Assembly (NCBI GenBank): GCA_002245135.1 | Contig: NGBS01001213.1 | Coordinates: forward strand, 1 to 39,538 | Reading direction: 5' to 3' | DNA from: Proteromonas lacertae | Taxonomy: Eukaryota | Length of the DNA: 39,538 nucleotides | Shown: in pieces, positions 12,505-24,614 of the stretch | Layout of the letters: every line of letters starts with the position of its first letter | Numbering within the stretch: position 1 is the first letter of the stretch | Program-made: the position numbers and the translations under genes | Notes under the pieces: model-generated | The model's database searches: none | The model's input: the letters and a program-made list of their open reading frames with translations, nothing else | Told to the model about the DNA's origin: nothing

Positions 12505-13591
12505 TTAACCTTTTTTAAATATACTTTTAAACATTTTCTTAAACTGTCCATCCACTTTTTCACAGCCAATTGGTGCATTATATACATATTCTAATCTCTT
12601 TGCTGATATTCCTCTTACAGACAATCTCTTATACGCATCTTCCATCTGAGCAACTTGATCTCCTAAACTTTCACTAATTGGAGCTAATTCATCAATACGA
12701 ATAGATCTTCTTGCGGTACTACATATAAATATATATATATATACTTTTGAAAGAAATTTTCTTCTTTTAAATCTAAATACAGTTTCTTATACTCATCTCT
12801 TTCTGTAGAAACATCTTGTATTTCACGATTCACTCTTTTTAAATCATTTTCTTTATTCTTAATCAAGTTTTGATACATCGAAATTTCTTGTTTTAAACTA
12901 TCTACTTCAATTTCTAATTTCTTGGCTGTTGCCTATATATATAATAATTATTTATACCCTATATTGCTCAGTTTCTAATTGGATATCTTCAATAGATATT
13001 GTATCACCTTCAGCTGTTTGCTTTCTAGTATGATATTCCAACAATTCACTTCGTAGATTCTTATTTTCAGCGTTTGCTTGAGATAACTTCTCTTCTAATT
13101 CTTCTTTTATTTTTATTAATTCGCTTTGTTCAGATTTAAAGTAAGCTTTTCCTTTTTCAAGTGACTCTTTGAATATTGAAGAGAGATGTCTTTCACTTTC
13201 TAAATCATTTTGGAGACTTTGTATTTCTGTTTCTGATTCACTTATTACTGTATATAAACCACTCAATTTAGAATTTAATCTATTTTTAACATATAATATA
13301 AAAAATGATGATATACGATATTATTTCAGTGTCTAATTCATGTATTTTTTCATCATATTCTACGTTCTTTCTTTTTAGTTCTTCATTCTCTTCTGAAAGA
13401 TTTTTGATTCGCTAAATAGAAAAAGTAATTTCATCAAAATACTTCTGTCAATTCTGTATTCTCATCCAACAGCTGTTTTCCATATTGTACAGCTAAATTT
13501 AAATCTGACACCGAATCATCCAACGAAATTCCATCAGCTATTATTGAATAGACAAATTATATGTAATACTAGATCTTATAGAATCATTCAT
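12505..13591 (-). CDS. Coiled-coil protein with an N-terminal CC1-box-like motif (candidate dynein-dynactin adaptor)
   Basis: ATG at 13591; five short GT-AG introns join ORFs 12952-13266 and 12684-12878; stop TAA at 12505. Spliced N-terminus MNDSIRSTDGISLDDSVSDLNLAVQYGKQLLDENTELTE, followed by a heptad-rich body. Confidence 0.75.
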
Positions 13592-13630
13592 TCTTTGTAA
13601 GAGAAAGATTTTTTAAAAACAAAAAATTCA

Positions 13631-13639
13631 AATCAAGCC
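13631..13639. promoter_or_regulatory. AATCAAGCC candidate core promoter motif
   Basis: About 40 bp upstream of ATG 13591; the same 9-mer recurs at 14666 and 28868. Confidence 0.45.
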
Positions 13640-13747
13640 TAAAAGTTTGATTGATGTTAAAACAAAAAATAAAGTCGTTTCAAAAAACAAAAAAACACAA
13701 AAAACTCAACAATAATAATAAAAATATGATATAAAAACTGTTGCTTT

Positions 13748-14629
13748 CTAATTATTTTGATTTTGTAAATGGTTTACAACCACATCATATAATGTATTAA
13801 TACTTCTTACCATATAAGAAATAAATAACACAATATGAATATCATTAGTCTTCTCCAATACGCTGCTTCTTAATTCATCAATATTCAGATTTGGTAATAA
13901 ATTCAACATATACTGTATATTATAAATAATTTCATTATTTGGATTCACTTTGCCTTCAATTACTTTTGTTAAGTAATCTAATATCTTTTTCAATCTATCT
14001 TCCATGATAGTCAATGAAGTGACTCTAGATTGGATTTGTTGAGATGTAGAAGATAATAATGGATCGTTAACATCTCTGAGCAAATGAGATACAGCAACCT
14101 CTTCTACATGGATAGCACCAATAGATGATTCAATATTTTTAAATGTACGGTAAATCTTACCTTCCATTTTATTCACTTCTTGTTGTACTATGTAGGATTT
14201 AACCGGAAGATCTTCGCTTGTACATTTTGTATCAATTACACAGTATAATGGTTTTGATACAAACTGGTGCATTTGTTCTTCTATGTCTAAATCGTTAATT
14301 TTGATTTCTAAGCCAGAAGAGTAAAACCCGACTATTTTTTCTGAAGCATTAACTTTTCTAAACATGGTAGCCATTTCAGTGACATAAACATAATCTATAT
14401 ACCAAATATTTGGATTTTTTAAATCCTCTTCAAATGGAACTATTTAAAAATTATAAATATTTATATTTATACTGGCAAAACTATTTGTAACATCTACGGT
14501 TCCTTTAAAAAAGGTTCCAAGTAAAATACCAATAACTCTCTTTTTGGTGTCTTTTGCAACTCTATTATAATGATCAACTGCACTTAACAAAACTAGAGGA
14601 TGAATAATTGCTTTTTCTATTGTAGACAT
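13748..14629 (-). CDS. PSMD7: 26S proteasome regulatory subunit RPN8/PSMD7 (MPN domain)
   Basis: [38 protein letters not shown]...VTNSFA; intron 14440-14472; then [13 protein letters not shown]...[18 protein letters not shown]...[12 protein letters not shown]...NLLPNL. Confidence 0.97.
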
Positions 14630-14665
14630 TATTAAAACAATGAAGAATAAAACAAAAATAAACTC

Positions 14666-14674
14666 GGCTTGATT
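14666..14674. promoter_or_regulatory. GGCTTGATT (reverse complement AATCAAGCC) motif in the 47-bp divergent RPN8/GT8 intergenic region
   Basis: Exact 9-mer between the two divergent start codons. Confidence 0.45.
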
Positions 14675-14676
14675 TA

Positions 14677-16316
14677 ATGCAATTCTTCTTTCTTCGGTTA
14701 TTGACATATCTATACACATTCATAAGTTTTGCAGATGTAGTTGATGCAAATGAAGGTACATTTCACAAATATGCCTACGCTACTATTCATTATGAAGGAA
14801 CAGCTCACGATGCAGAGTATGTTTTAGGTATACAAGTGATGGTTAGGTCTTTGATACTCTCAAATACAAGTATTTATATTTGTAGTAATATTCTTGTGTA
14901 GAATATGATATAGTAGTGCTGGCTGCTCCTTCAGTAAGTGCAGAATCACGTGCAAAATTTAAAAAGTTAGGCTGTATTATCAAAAATATAACAAATATTC
15001 AAAATCCGTATTTGCAATATTCTTTATCTATATATAGTTTTAAACAAGCAAGAAGAAGGTCTTACAAAGCAAGATTCGAATTTACACTCAATAAGTTACA
15101 CTGTTGGTTAATGACAGAATATGAAAGAGTCATATACTTAGATGCTGATAATATTATTGTAAACAATATGGATCATGCATTTAAATGTGGAAATTTTTGT
15201 GCAGTTTATATGAACGTATATTAAATCAATTAATCCTAATTAAATAGCCATGTAACTTTCATACAGGTTTACTCGTAATTACTCCATCTTTAGAAACATT
15301 CAAGGCATTAAATGAGTCACTAAAAGAGTTAAGTAGTTATGATGGAGCAGATCAAGGTTTTTTAACTGCATTTTTTGGAACTTCTATGAAAGAAGCTGAG
15401 CTGTTTAATCCCAAAAGAGATTTACCTCCATCTCTACTACCAAAATCACAAAGATTATCCATTATTTATAATTTACCTCACACTTATTATTATGAAGATT
15501 TTAGTTTGAGGAAATATAAAAGTGATTTGTTCCTTGAAGACACACTTCCTGCCTATAGTATTGGTTACCCGATAACCCCTATTTTGAAACCGTGGTATTG
15601 GTTAGGTTATTTTTTCTTTGATATGAATTGGTATTGGTATGATATAAGAATTACACTTCAAGAAGAAAATACATATAACATCACTATGAAGTATGAATAT
15701 ATATTATAATATTCTTCTCTCTCTTTATATATTAATTTTTCTTTGCATTCATTTATTATTATTATTTATTATAGTTTATTAACGTTAATCATCTTTGGTT
15801 CATTTCTACTATTTACACTCAAACTAGTCGGAACATTGGATTTCAGTCGAAAATTAATCCGTTTCTTAGAAAGTATCAGCGTATATACAGGTAAAGGTAC
15901 ATTTTGGATATGTTTTTCATTTCTATTACTGTTTATGTGGAGTTTACCTCCTCTATTTGTAGTTAATAAACTATTATTACCTCCATACGCTTATTTTCTA
16001 TTTTTCAGTTATGTAACAATCGGTTATTGGTCTACTTTAGAATATTTCAGTGTTGCTAGAAGAAGTATTTTGGGTATAAATACTCAGAAATTTGGGTTAT
16101 TTCCCTCATACACTATTATCTTGGTTAGTTCTAATAATTTCATTTTATTTTTGTTTGCCAAGATACTTGTCTTTAATTCAAAAGATTATATTTTATGTAA
16201 GTGTAGTTTCGTTATATTCATATTCTTTATATTCTACAATGATAAGTCCAGTTCCACAATTCTTTGGTCATTTTGTGAGTGGAGTGTATGATAATAAGTT
16301 GAAGAATGAATTTTAA
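14677..16316 (+). CDS. Glycosyltransferase family 8, PGSIP7/8-like, with C-terminal TM helices
   Basis: [69 protein letters not shown] and LKPWYW. Several short introns. The 3' end is uncertain (16291, or 16316 via a 1-nt shift near 16095). Confidence 0.88.
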
Positions 16317-16448
16317 TTAGAAAATAATGTGTTTAATATATTATTTATAAATTGTATGTAGTATTAATTGTTATTAGTTTTAGTTTTTATTTAAAAAGAA
16401 TAAGAAAAATAATGAACAAATATATTTCTTTAATTTACATATATAATT

Positions 16449-19255
16449 TTAACTTTCATATTTCTTTTCTTTTTTCTTCATCAAAACTTTCAAAAATTTA
16501 TTAACACTCACTTTTACACTATTCTCTTTCAATATATCATTCCTCATTTTCTCTCTAATACCTTTCAAATCCATTTTATTCACTTCAACTACTCTTTTAA
16601 CATATAAATCAAAATAATTACTAACATTTTTACTATTTAACATCCCATTAATATCATTCTCTATACCTAAATCATTATCCTTTATTAATTCCTTCAACAC
16701 TGATTCTTTTAGTTTTGAAGTAATTGGAATTGCACCATTCAACATACTCTTCATACAACTAATACAACCAACTTCTTCATAGGTTAGTGGATATAATAAA
16801 AATCCACTTTCACTTATTCCATTACATAATTCAATCTGATCTGCTGAACCATGATAAATTACACCTTCACTCTTCATTATCATATTATATAATTGCAAAA
16901 TTTCTTCATCACTTACATATTTGCTTATATATTTCAACCAACCATTTGTTATACCATAATATATATGTAATTCACTTCCTTTGATCAAAGGATGAAGTTT
17001 AGGCCAAATATATCCAAGCAATCCACTCAAACCTCTGTTTGGTTGACTTAAATAAATGAAATGGTTATTTTTATTCTCCCCTTCACATTGAATTTTATCT
17101 AACACTGTATTATAAATAACAACACTCTATTATTAATAACATTTCCATAGAAATTATATATTTATACTTTTGACTGATAATGTGGAGTGAGAGTAGATTT
17201 ATGATAATTACTTACAACTATCACTTTATCAAGCTTTTTGTCAAACATTTCAATATCACTATACCAATTAAATTCAACAGGTAAATCATGTAACCAAACA
17301 AAACTCAAAACATTCTCATTCTTCTCTTCAATTAGATGAATTCCATAAGTGTTTCTATAACTAATTATACAAACCAAATTATCATAATATTCATTAATTG
17401 GCATTCTTATATCATCTACACTATACATCACTAAAACTCCTCTATTATCACTTTTATAACATATTCCATATGAAGATTGTTTGATTTCTGTATAGATTTC
17501 AACCCAATAACCTTCATCTACTAATCCCTTACTAAATGATAATAATATTTCTTCTGTTCCTCCTAAAAACTTACCTAAATCATCAAATCCTAATTGATTA
17601 AACCAGCTATCATCATATTCTTTAAAAATTATCATTATTACTTTACTATTCTTATCTGGTTGAATATATTTATTATTTTCACTAAAATATTTATATCTGA
17701 ATTGTTGGTAATATTTTGTTCTTCTTTCTTGATTCTCTACAACTTTAGTGAAGTTATTTGGATCATTAATATGTATAAATGTGGAGATATATCTAATACG
17801 ATTGAATGTAGGGAATAAATCAAAACTAGAATACAATAACCTATTTTTAAAAAAATTACATATTAAATGTTATTATTTATACGAATCTACTTCATCTATA
17901 GTTTTATTATATTTTGCTTCAAATTCGCAAAAATATAAATCACTCAAATACTCTGCAACTTCTAATGTAATTGTAGATCCTTTTACTAGTGTATTTTTTA
18001 CTGGAAATAGATTTGAAATGTCTCTAATAATGTTTAATTTCCATTCATTACTCAAATAATTATACTATTTTACAATAATAATAATGAATGTTTTATACTA
18101 ATTTTGATTGATATTTGATAAATTCAATTGTGTCATTGTTCATTTGAGATAACATAGTTAATATATAATTAATATAAATTATATTGCTGGTTAATGAATA
18201 TAGTTTCAAATTTGAATAGAAATATTTTTCTTTATCATTTATATTTGTTGAATACTTTTGAATTACTTCATATAAATGAATGTTATTCATATCTAAATGT
18301 AATAAAGAATAAACCAAATTAGACTTCTATGTAAAGCTAAATGAAGTGAAATATACTATTCCAATATAATTATTGTTACTCATTATATATTTAACGATTG
18401 TAGTAATTATTCTATTCAATGAAATTGTCGGTTTCAAATAAACAGAGTTTATGTTTAATATATAATATTTAGATTTAGAAATCACTTCATTTTTCATTAT
18501 TTCAAAAAACATATTTCTAATTTCTAACTGTAAAGGATTGAGATATCTCAGTGGAAAATAAGAGATATGAAAATTGGTTGATTCTTTATAGTTTACTGAT
18601 GTTATTGTTGATTCTATCAACCCATTATAATTGTTTATTTGTTTTAGTCTTTTATATAATAACTGCCTATATAAACCATCATTCTTTGATATTGTAACGA
18701 CTGAATTTATCAAATCTTTGAGAGAATATACAACAATATCTGAATATGAATTATAATTGAAATAATTATGACATGTTGATATAATTGGATTGAAAGAGTG
18801 GATTGGCTCAATATTACAGTTCATATGATAAATTATATGGGATTTAATACAACTCAGATCTCCAATTATGAATATTAATCTATTTGGTGATAATCCAAAA
18901 TCACTAAATAAAGAAATATAACCTTCTGATTCTTCTTTTGTGCTTATCTTTATCATATATTTGATTAATTCATTTCTCATTGCAATTTGGGACAGATGCA
19001 TATATTGTTGACTATCTAAAGTTATACCATGTAAGTATATTATAAAATCTTTATATTTTCCATTTCTATCAAAAAAATAACAAACTAAACAGCATAATAC
19101 TTGTATAACAGATGATGAAAACATTCAAATTGCGATAATCTAAATGAATATTGATATATAACTGTTCTATCAGGTTCTGCATATGGAAATGCTAACGTTT
19201 TAATGATAAATATAAAAACAACAATATAAAATCCATTATATGATGATAAAATCAT
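16449..19255 (-). CDS. GT-B fold (GT4-like) glycosyltransferase with a long uncharacterised N-terminal region and an N-terminal hydrophobic segment
   Basis: At least five short introns join ORFs 19085, 18327, 18093, 17873, 17162 and 16449. Motifs: LGGTEE..L, FVWLHD, IVVSNYHK, YLSQPNRGL, ELHIYYG and LLYP..YEEVGCISCMKS...GAIPITS. Confidence 0.8.
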
Positions 19256-19377
19256 CTTCAAACTAACCAAGCCTTTAAAAACCGAAAACCAAAATCCGAA
19301 TTTAAGAAACTGTTATTTTATCTTTATTAAATTATCTCATCACACAGATCTTTAAGTTCGTAATTGAATATTAGAAA

Positions 19378-22007
19378 ATGCCCCAATATTCCCCAAGACC
19401 ACCAAACTCTAAAAAGTATAGTTTCTAAAAGTCTATTTCCATCTAGACCATTGTCTAAAACAGCAGATGCTGGAATTATGTCAAGACAAACATCAGTTCA
19501 GAGATTCATCAATAATTATCCTAGACAAAGTCCACAGGTTGAAGTTCAGGACTCAATTGCCTTTAAACCAAGTGTTACATCTGTAATGTCTGCAAGAACA
19601 AATCTCACAGCTGGTAGAATGGTTTCAATTGATCGTCAAGCTGATAAACATAACCTAGACAGATTACAAGATACAACCTTAAACTCTGTCTCTCGAAATG
19701 TCAAATATCTCAGAATGAACTATGATTCATTAAAACGAGAAAGTGATGATATGGAAAGAGAAATTAAGAGATTACAACGGGATTTACACTATCTTGAAGA
19801 AAGACAAAAGGATCAAGAGAAAAATGAAGCAAAAGACAATGCTAACTTGAACAAAATGCAAAGCGAATTGGATAGAAAAACAACTTACTGTGATGAAGAA
19901 ATCTACATGACTGGCATATTAAATCATATGAAAAAACGATTAGTTCGTGAACAAGGTGAAAGTGATTGTTATGGCAGAGATATTCAAGCAGAAATGAAAA
20001 GAATTGACAAAGAAATGGTATTTTTAAACAATTATTTAAGTGATGCAAAGAAGGAGTTAGGAGCTGCAAATAACGTTAGAAATAATTTGATCGATGAATT
20101 AAATGATGGTAGAGAAATGAGAAATGAAAGAAAAGAAGGTTTAGAAGTGATGTTAATAAAACATCGTGAGTTGAGTGAAGATAAAAGAAAACGAGCAGAA
20201 GATATGGCTCAATTATCAAGTCGAACCAAGCTTGAGATGGAAAAAGATCGAATAAGAAAGAGTGCCAGATTATCATTAAGTAGAAAGATGTATAAAGCAA
20301 TCTTACATGATAAATTACAGAAACAGACAATAGAGTATGAACCAATATTAAATTTATTTACTGAGATGATGCAAGTAACTGGTGCAAGTACATCCGATGA
20401 AGTAATCCAAAGATTTATAAATAGAGAAAGCACTTTAGAAACAGTTAGAAGGACTGAAGAAGAATTAGAACAAAGATTGAACAAATTATTAAAAGAAAAG
20501 AAAGTATTAGAAACTGAAGTGAACATGCCATTAAGTGAAGATGAGAACTCGATGAGAAATATCTATAAACTCATAGATACAAAAGAGAGCGATTTGAATA
20601 AAGTTGAAACAATTTCAAAGAATGTTAAAGATACATATGTAAAACAATTATTGATATTAGATGGAATAAGGCATATGGTTCCTTTATTAATTCGTAAAGT
20701 TGGTTTAAATTGTGATACAGCTCATCAAGGCTTGAAAAATTCATTGAATTTATTAGGTAATCAAGTTGATTTGATGTTGAAGAATATAGTTAGTGGAATA
20801 TATAAATTAGTTAATAATAATAAAGGTAATGTTGTGGTTAAGAAGAATAAGAATAAAATGCCATCTAGAGCTCATGTTGTTACATATAAATCTCCATGTA
20901 GTGATGATGGTGGTGAGGAAGAAGAAGAAGAAGAAGAAGAAAATATGGAAGAAGATGAGATGAGATTCCACTTTGGTAGTGCTGATATTGAAGCTGAAGA
21001 AAATAAGGAAACTAAACCGTCTGAAGAAGGTGAAGGTGAAGAAACAAAACCAGAAACAGTAGAAGAAGAAGAAGAAGTAAAACCAGCTGAAGAGGAAAAG
21101 CCAGCTGAAGAGGAGATAAAACCACCAACAGCGGAAGAAGAAAAACCAGCTGAAAAAGCTGAAGTAAAATCAGAAACTGAAGAAGAAATAAAACCAACAG
21201 AAGAAGAAGAAGAAATAAAACCAATTTCATTAACAGTAAAACCAGCAGAACAACAACAACAAGAAGAAGAAGAAGAAGAGAAATTAGATTTACCACCATT
21301 ATTACTTCACATATCAACAGATTTACCAAAGAAAGAAAGTCATATGAATGAATATATACCTCAAACACCATCACGAATACCATTACATGTAACAAACACA
21401 ACTGAAGAAGAAAGCAAATTATTACCATATTTATTAACACCATCATTAATACAACAACAAGAATTGCAACAACAACAACAACAACAACAACAACAGAAAG
21501 ATGAAAATAATAATAATAGTAACACACCAACAGCTGTAGCTTTACCTGTATCTCGTGTTAATACTCCAACTACAAGATATATGAATTCAAAGGATCCTAT
21601 TCCTCCAATTGATACAGAGTCATTAGAAGCTTTGAAAGTATTACATGAATTAACAGAAAATACAAGAATGAAGATAAAACCGACAAAGTATTTATATATA
21701 TATTTATATATTTATATTATTATTATTGTGTAGTTATGATGTAAATATTCGTATTAGAGCAAGTGAAAGAAGTCCAATTGTTAATTTGAGAGGAACAGGA
21801 GAAGATATAAATGAAAAAGAAGATGAAGATTTGATAATGGATCGAGATGCAATAAAACAACAATATATTAGTTATATTCCTGATAAGAAGAAGAAAACTC
21901 GATCATTTGTATTATCTTCAAGTACAAATAATAACAAAGAGAAGAAAGAGAAGAAAGAAAATGACGAAACTATTAACAACACTGAAGAAAATGAAGAAAA
22001 TATGTAA
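19378..22007 (+). CDS. Outer dynein arm docking complex-like coiled-coil protein (CCDC151/ODAD3-like) with a Glu/Pro/Gln-rich insert
   Basis: ATG at 19378; introns 19416-19446 and ~21688-21733. Motif LFTEMMQVTGASTSDEVIQRFINRESTL and C-terminal YDVNIRI...EDEDLIMDRDAIKQQ resemble the ODA-DC family. Confidence 0.7.
20915..21500 (+). repeat. Coding low-complexity tract: (GAA)n, KP(A/T)EEE peptide repeats and (CAA)n
   Basis: Runs such as gaagaagaag, aaaccagctgaaga and caacaacaacaa are directly visible. Confidence 0.85.
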
Positions 22008-22314
22008 TTATAAATATTTATTATTGTAATTCTTCTTTAATATATTTTATCAATTTGACATTCAACTAAACTATCATAATTTACAATAATTTCATCTTTA
22101 ACTGTTAAACTTCAACAAATTTTGTAAATCACAAAAATAAACATAATTAATTACATAAATACAACAATAAATTCATCATTAATAAATCATAATAGAGTAT
22201 TATTGCCTTTATCACACCTTCTGCAATTGAATTAAATCACATTTTAAGTTTTGGGTTATTCAAAATTTTGATAAAAATCAAATTTCGTTATTTTTGTTTT
22301 ATATTTACATAAAG

Positions 22315-24433
22315 ATGATAATAAAAGTGAATAAAAGCATAAGAGAAGAGGGGTATATTTTATATTTATTTTTATGATAGATTATGTCGAAAATTGGTCG
22401 AAAGTGGTTTTGGTGATATAGAAGTGAAGATTGGAGATAATCGAATAATGTCAATCAAGTCAATTTTAGTGAATGGAAATGAAACTGTAAAGAAACTGCT
22501 GTTAGATCGTGAGTTTGTAGGAGTTTTAGAGTTATATGAAAAAATCGAAGAAATTGGCTATTATGAGATGGAGAAATACTACAGTGGTGGTGAATTGGTA
22601 ATCTGTAAAGAGAGTGTGTGTGAAGTGTTGATGTTTTGTTTATGTTATTGTGAAAAAGAGATAATAAATGATTGTTATGAATTTATGAAGAATAATATAG
22701 ATGATGAAGTATTAATGAAATTAATTCATATATGTAATGTATTTGGTGGATGTTTGAGAGAGATAGAAGACTTGAAAAATATGGAAATAGAAAAGCGAGG
22801 ATATAAATATTTATATAAGAATGAATATTTGGTGAGATTAGAAATGAATAATTTGATTGAGATATTAAATATGAGAGATGTGATAATAGTGAATGAATTA
22901 TGGTTATTAAATCGCTTATTAGAATGGTATAAATTCCAAAAGAATAAGTATGATAATAAAGAGATTAAAGCAGATTTTAAACAATTGATAGAAGAAGATA
23001 TCGATTGTGAAAAGATAAAAGAGAAAGAGATAGAAAAAGAGAATAAAGAAATGTTGAAAGAAATGAAAATAGAATTAAAAGAGAATGAATGTAAAAATCA
23101 TATAGAATTATATTTAATAAAAGATGAGAGAATTCAAAATGTAATAATCAACAATTACAATGAAGATAATAAAGAAGAAGTATTTAATGAAGAAGAAAGA
23201 AGAATATTGGATAAGATAAAAGAAGAAGAATTGAATGATGAAATACTGTGTATATTAGAAATGAATAATATAAAAATGACCGAAATAGTATTGATGATAA
23301 TGAAATATAAAAATATGAAAATGGAAAGTATAAATACTAAAAATATATTTAAATAGAATATATCTCAAATACAGAAAAGAGAAATCTATTGGATAGATTA
23401 TGTATAGAATATAATGAGAATAAAAGAAATCGAACAATGAAATGTTTATGTTTGTTTATTGATGATAGAAAGAGTATTTCAATAATAGAAGTATGTGGAA
23501 AAGAGATTCTTTTTAGAATATTGAATGAAGATAATTATTTAAATTCCAAATCTAAAGAATTATTAATTGAATATATAAAAGAGAATAAACTGAGTTTCGA
23601 AGAAGAAGAAGAAATGATTGTAATAATGAAAGATAAAGAATTATTGGAAAGAAATAAAAACAAAAGAAATCACATCATTTTCATATCCTCATACAGAATA
23701 TTCATTTGCTATTAATGAAGAAATGTCAATAATTCCTTTATTTGATGGAAATCGATGTGAATTTTCAATTAATCCTTCATTGCCAGATGGTTTAATGATA
23801 AAAAAAGAAAATGGAATAATTCATGGAAAAGTGAATAGAGTAATAGAAAAGAGAGAATATGAAATAATCTGTAAGAATATTGTAAATGAAAAGAAATTCA
23901 AAATATCATTAGAATTTGTTGATATAACATTCACAGAATTAAACAAATGTGATGGAATATCAATATCAAATAATGGAAAAATAATAAAAAATACAATTTG
24001 TGGTTATAATCATTGTTATTTAACTTTGAAAATGGAAAATGGAGTTTATCATGTCAAATATAAATATCATCAAAATGGAACTAAATATGATATTATGATT
24101 ATAGGATTATCAACAAATAATACATATTCTGGTTATGATATTCATTATCAATCAACAACATGTAATTATTTTGCATACGGTGGTAAAAGTCAAGATATTA
24201 CAAGATATTGCCATATTGGAACAGTTGTTAATTCAAATCCAAATTTCAATAATCATGCAGATGGTTCAATTTATGAAGTGATTGTTGATATGAATAAAAG
24301 AGAATTTTGGATTAGTCATAATAATTCCTCTCCTGTTTTACTTGTTAAAGATTTACCTTCTCCATTATATTCATATGCCATACCTTTTAGAAATACATCT
24401 ATTGAATTATTATCAGTTTATCATCATGATTAA
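22315..24433 (+). CDS. BTB/BACK-like + He_PIG-type Ig-like + SPRY/B30.2-like protein; one apparent frameshift near 23650
   Basis: ATG at 22315; introns 22353-22380 and 23328-23356. GDIEVKIG (BTB start), IIVNELWLLNRLLEW (BACK), FSINPSLPDGLMIKKENGIIHG (He_PIG-like), and GVYHVKYKY...IIGL...EVIVDMNKREFWI...LPSPLY (SPRY-like). Confidence 0.7.
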
Positions 24434-24614
24434 GTTATTTATAATCTTACTCTTTATTATAATTCTGTATTTTCATATCTCAAAATTTAGTTATTAGTTC
24501 ATTTAATAGTTCTAATGTACATTCTATTACATAAAATGATTATTTCTATATCGTCTTTTTGATGTTTTTATAAATTAATAAAACTACCAAAAGCAGAAGT
24601 AAGTGGTATATAAA

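Noticed and set aside
21012..21530. 172-aa hydrophobic minus-strand ORF
   Set aside because: Antisense shadow of the (GAA)/(CAA) repeats in the docking-complex-like gene.
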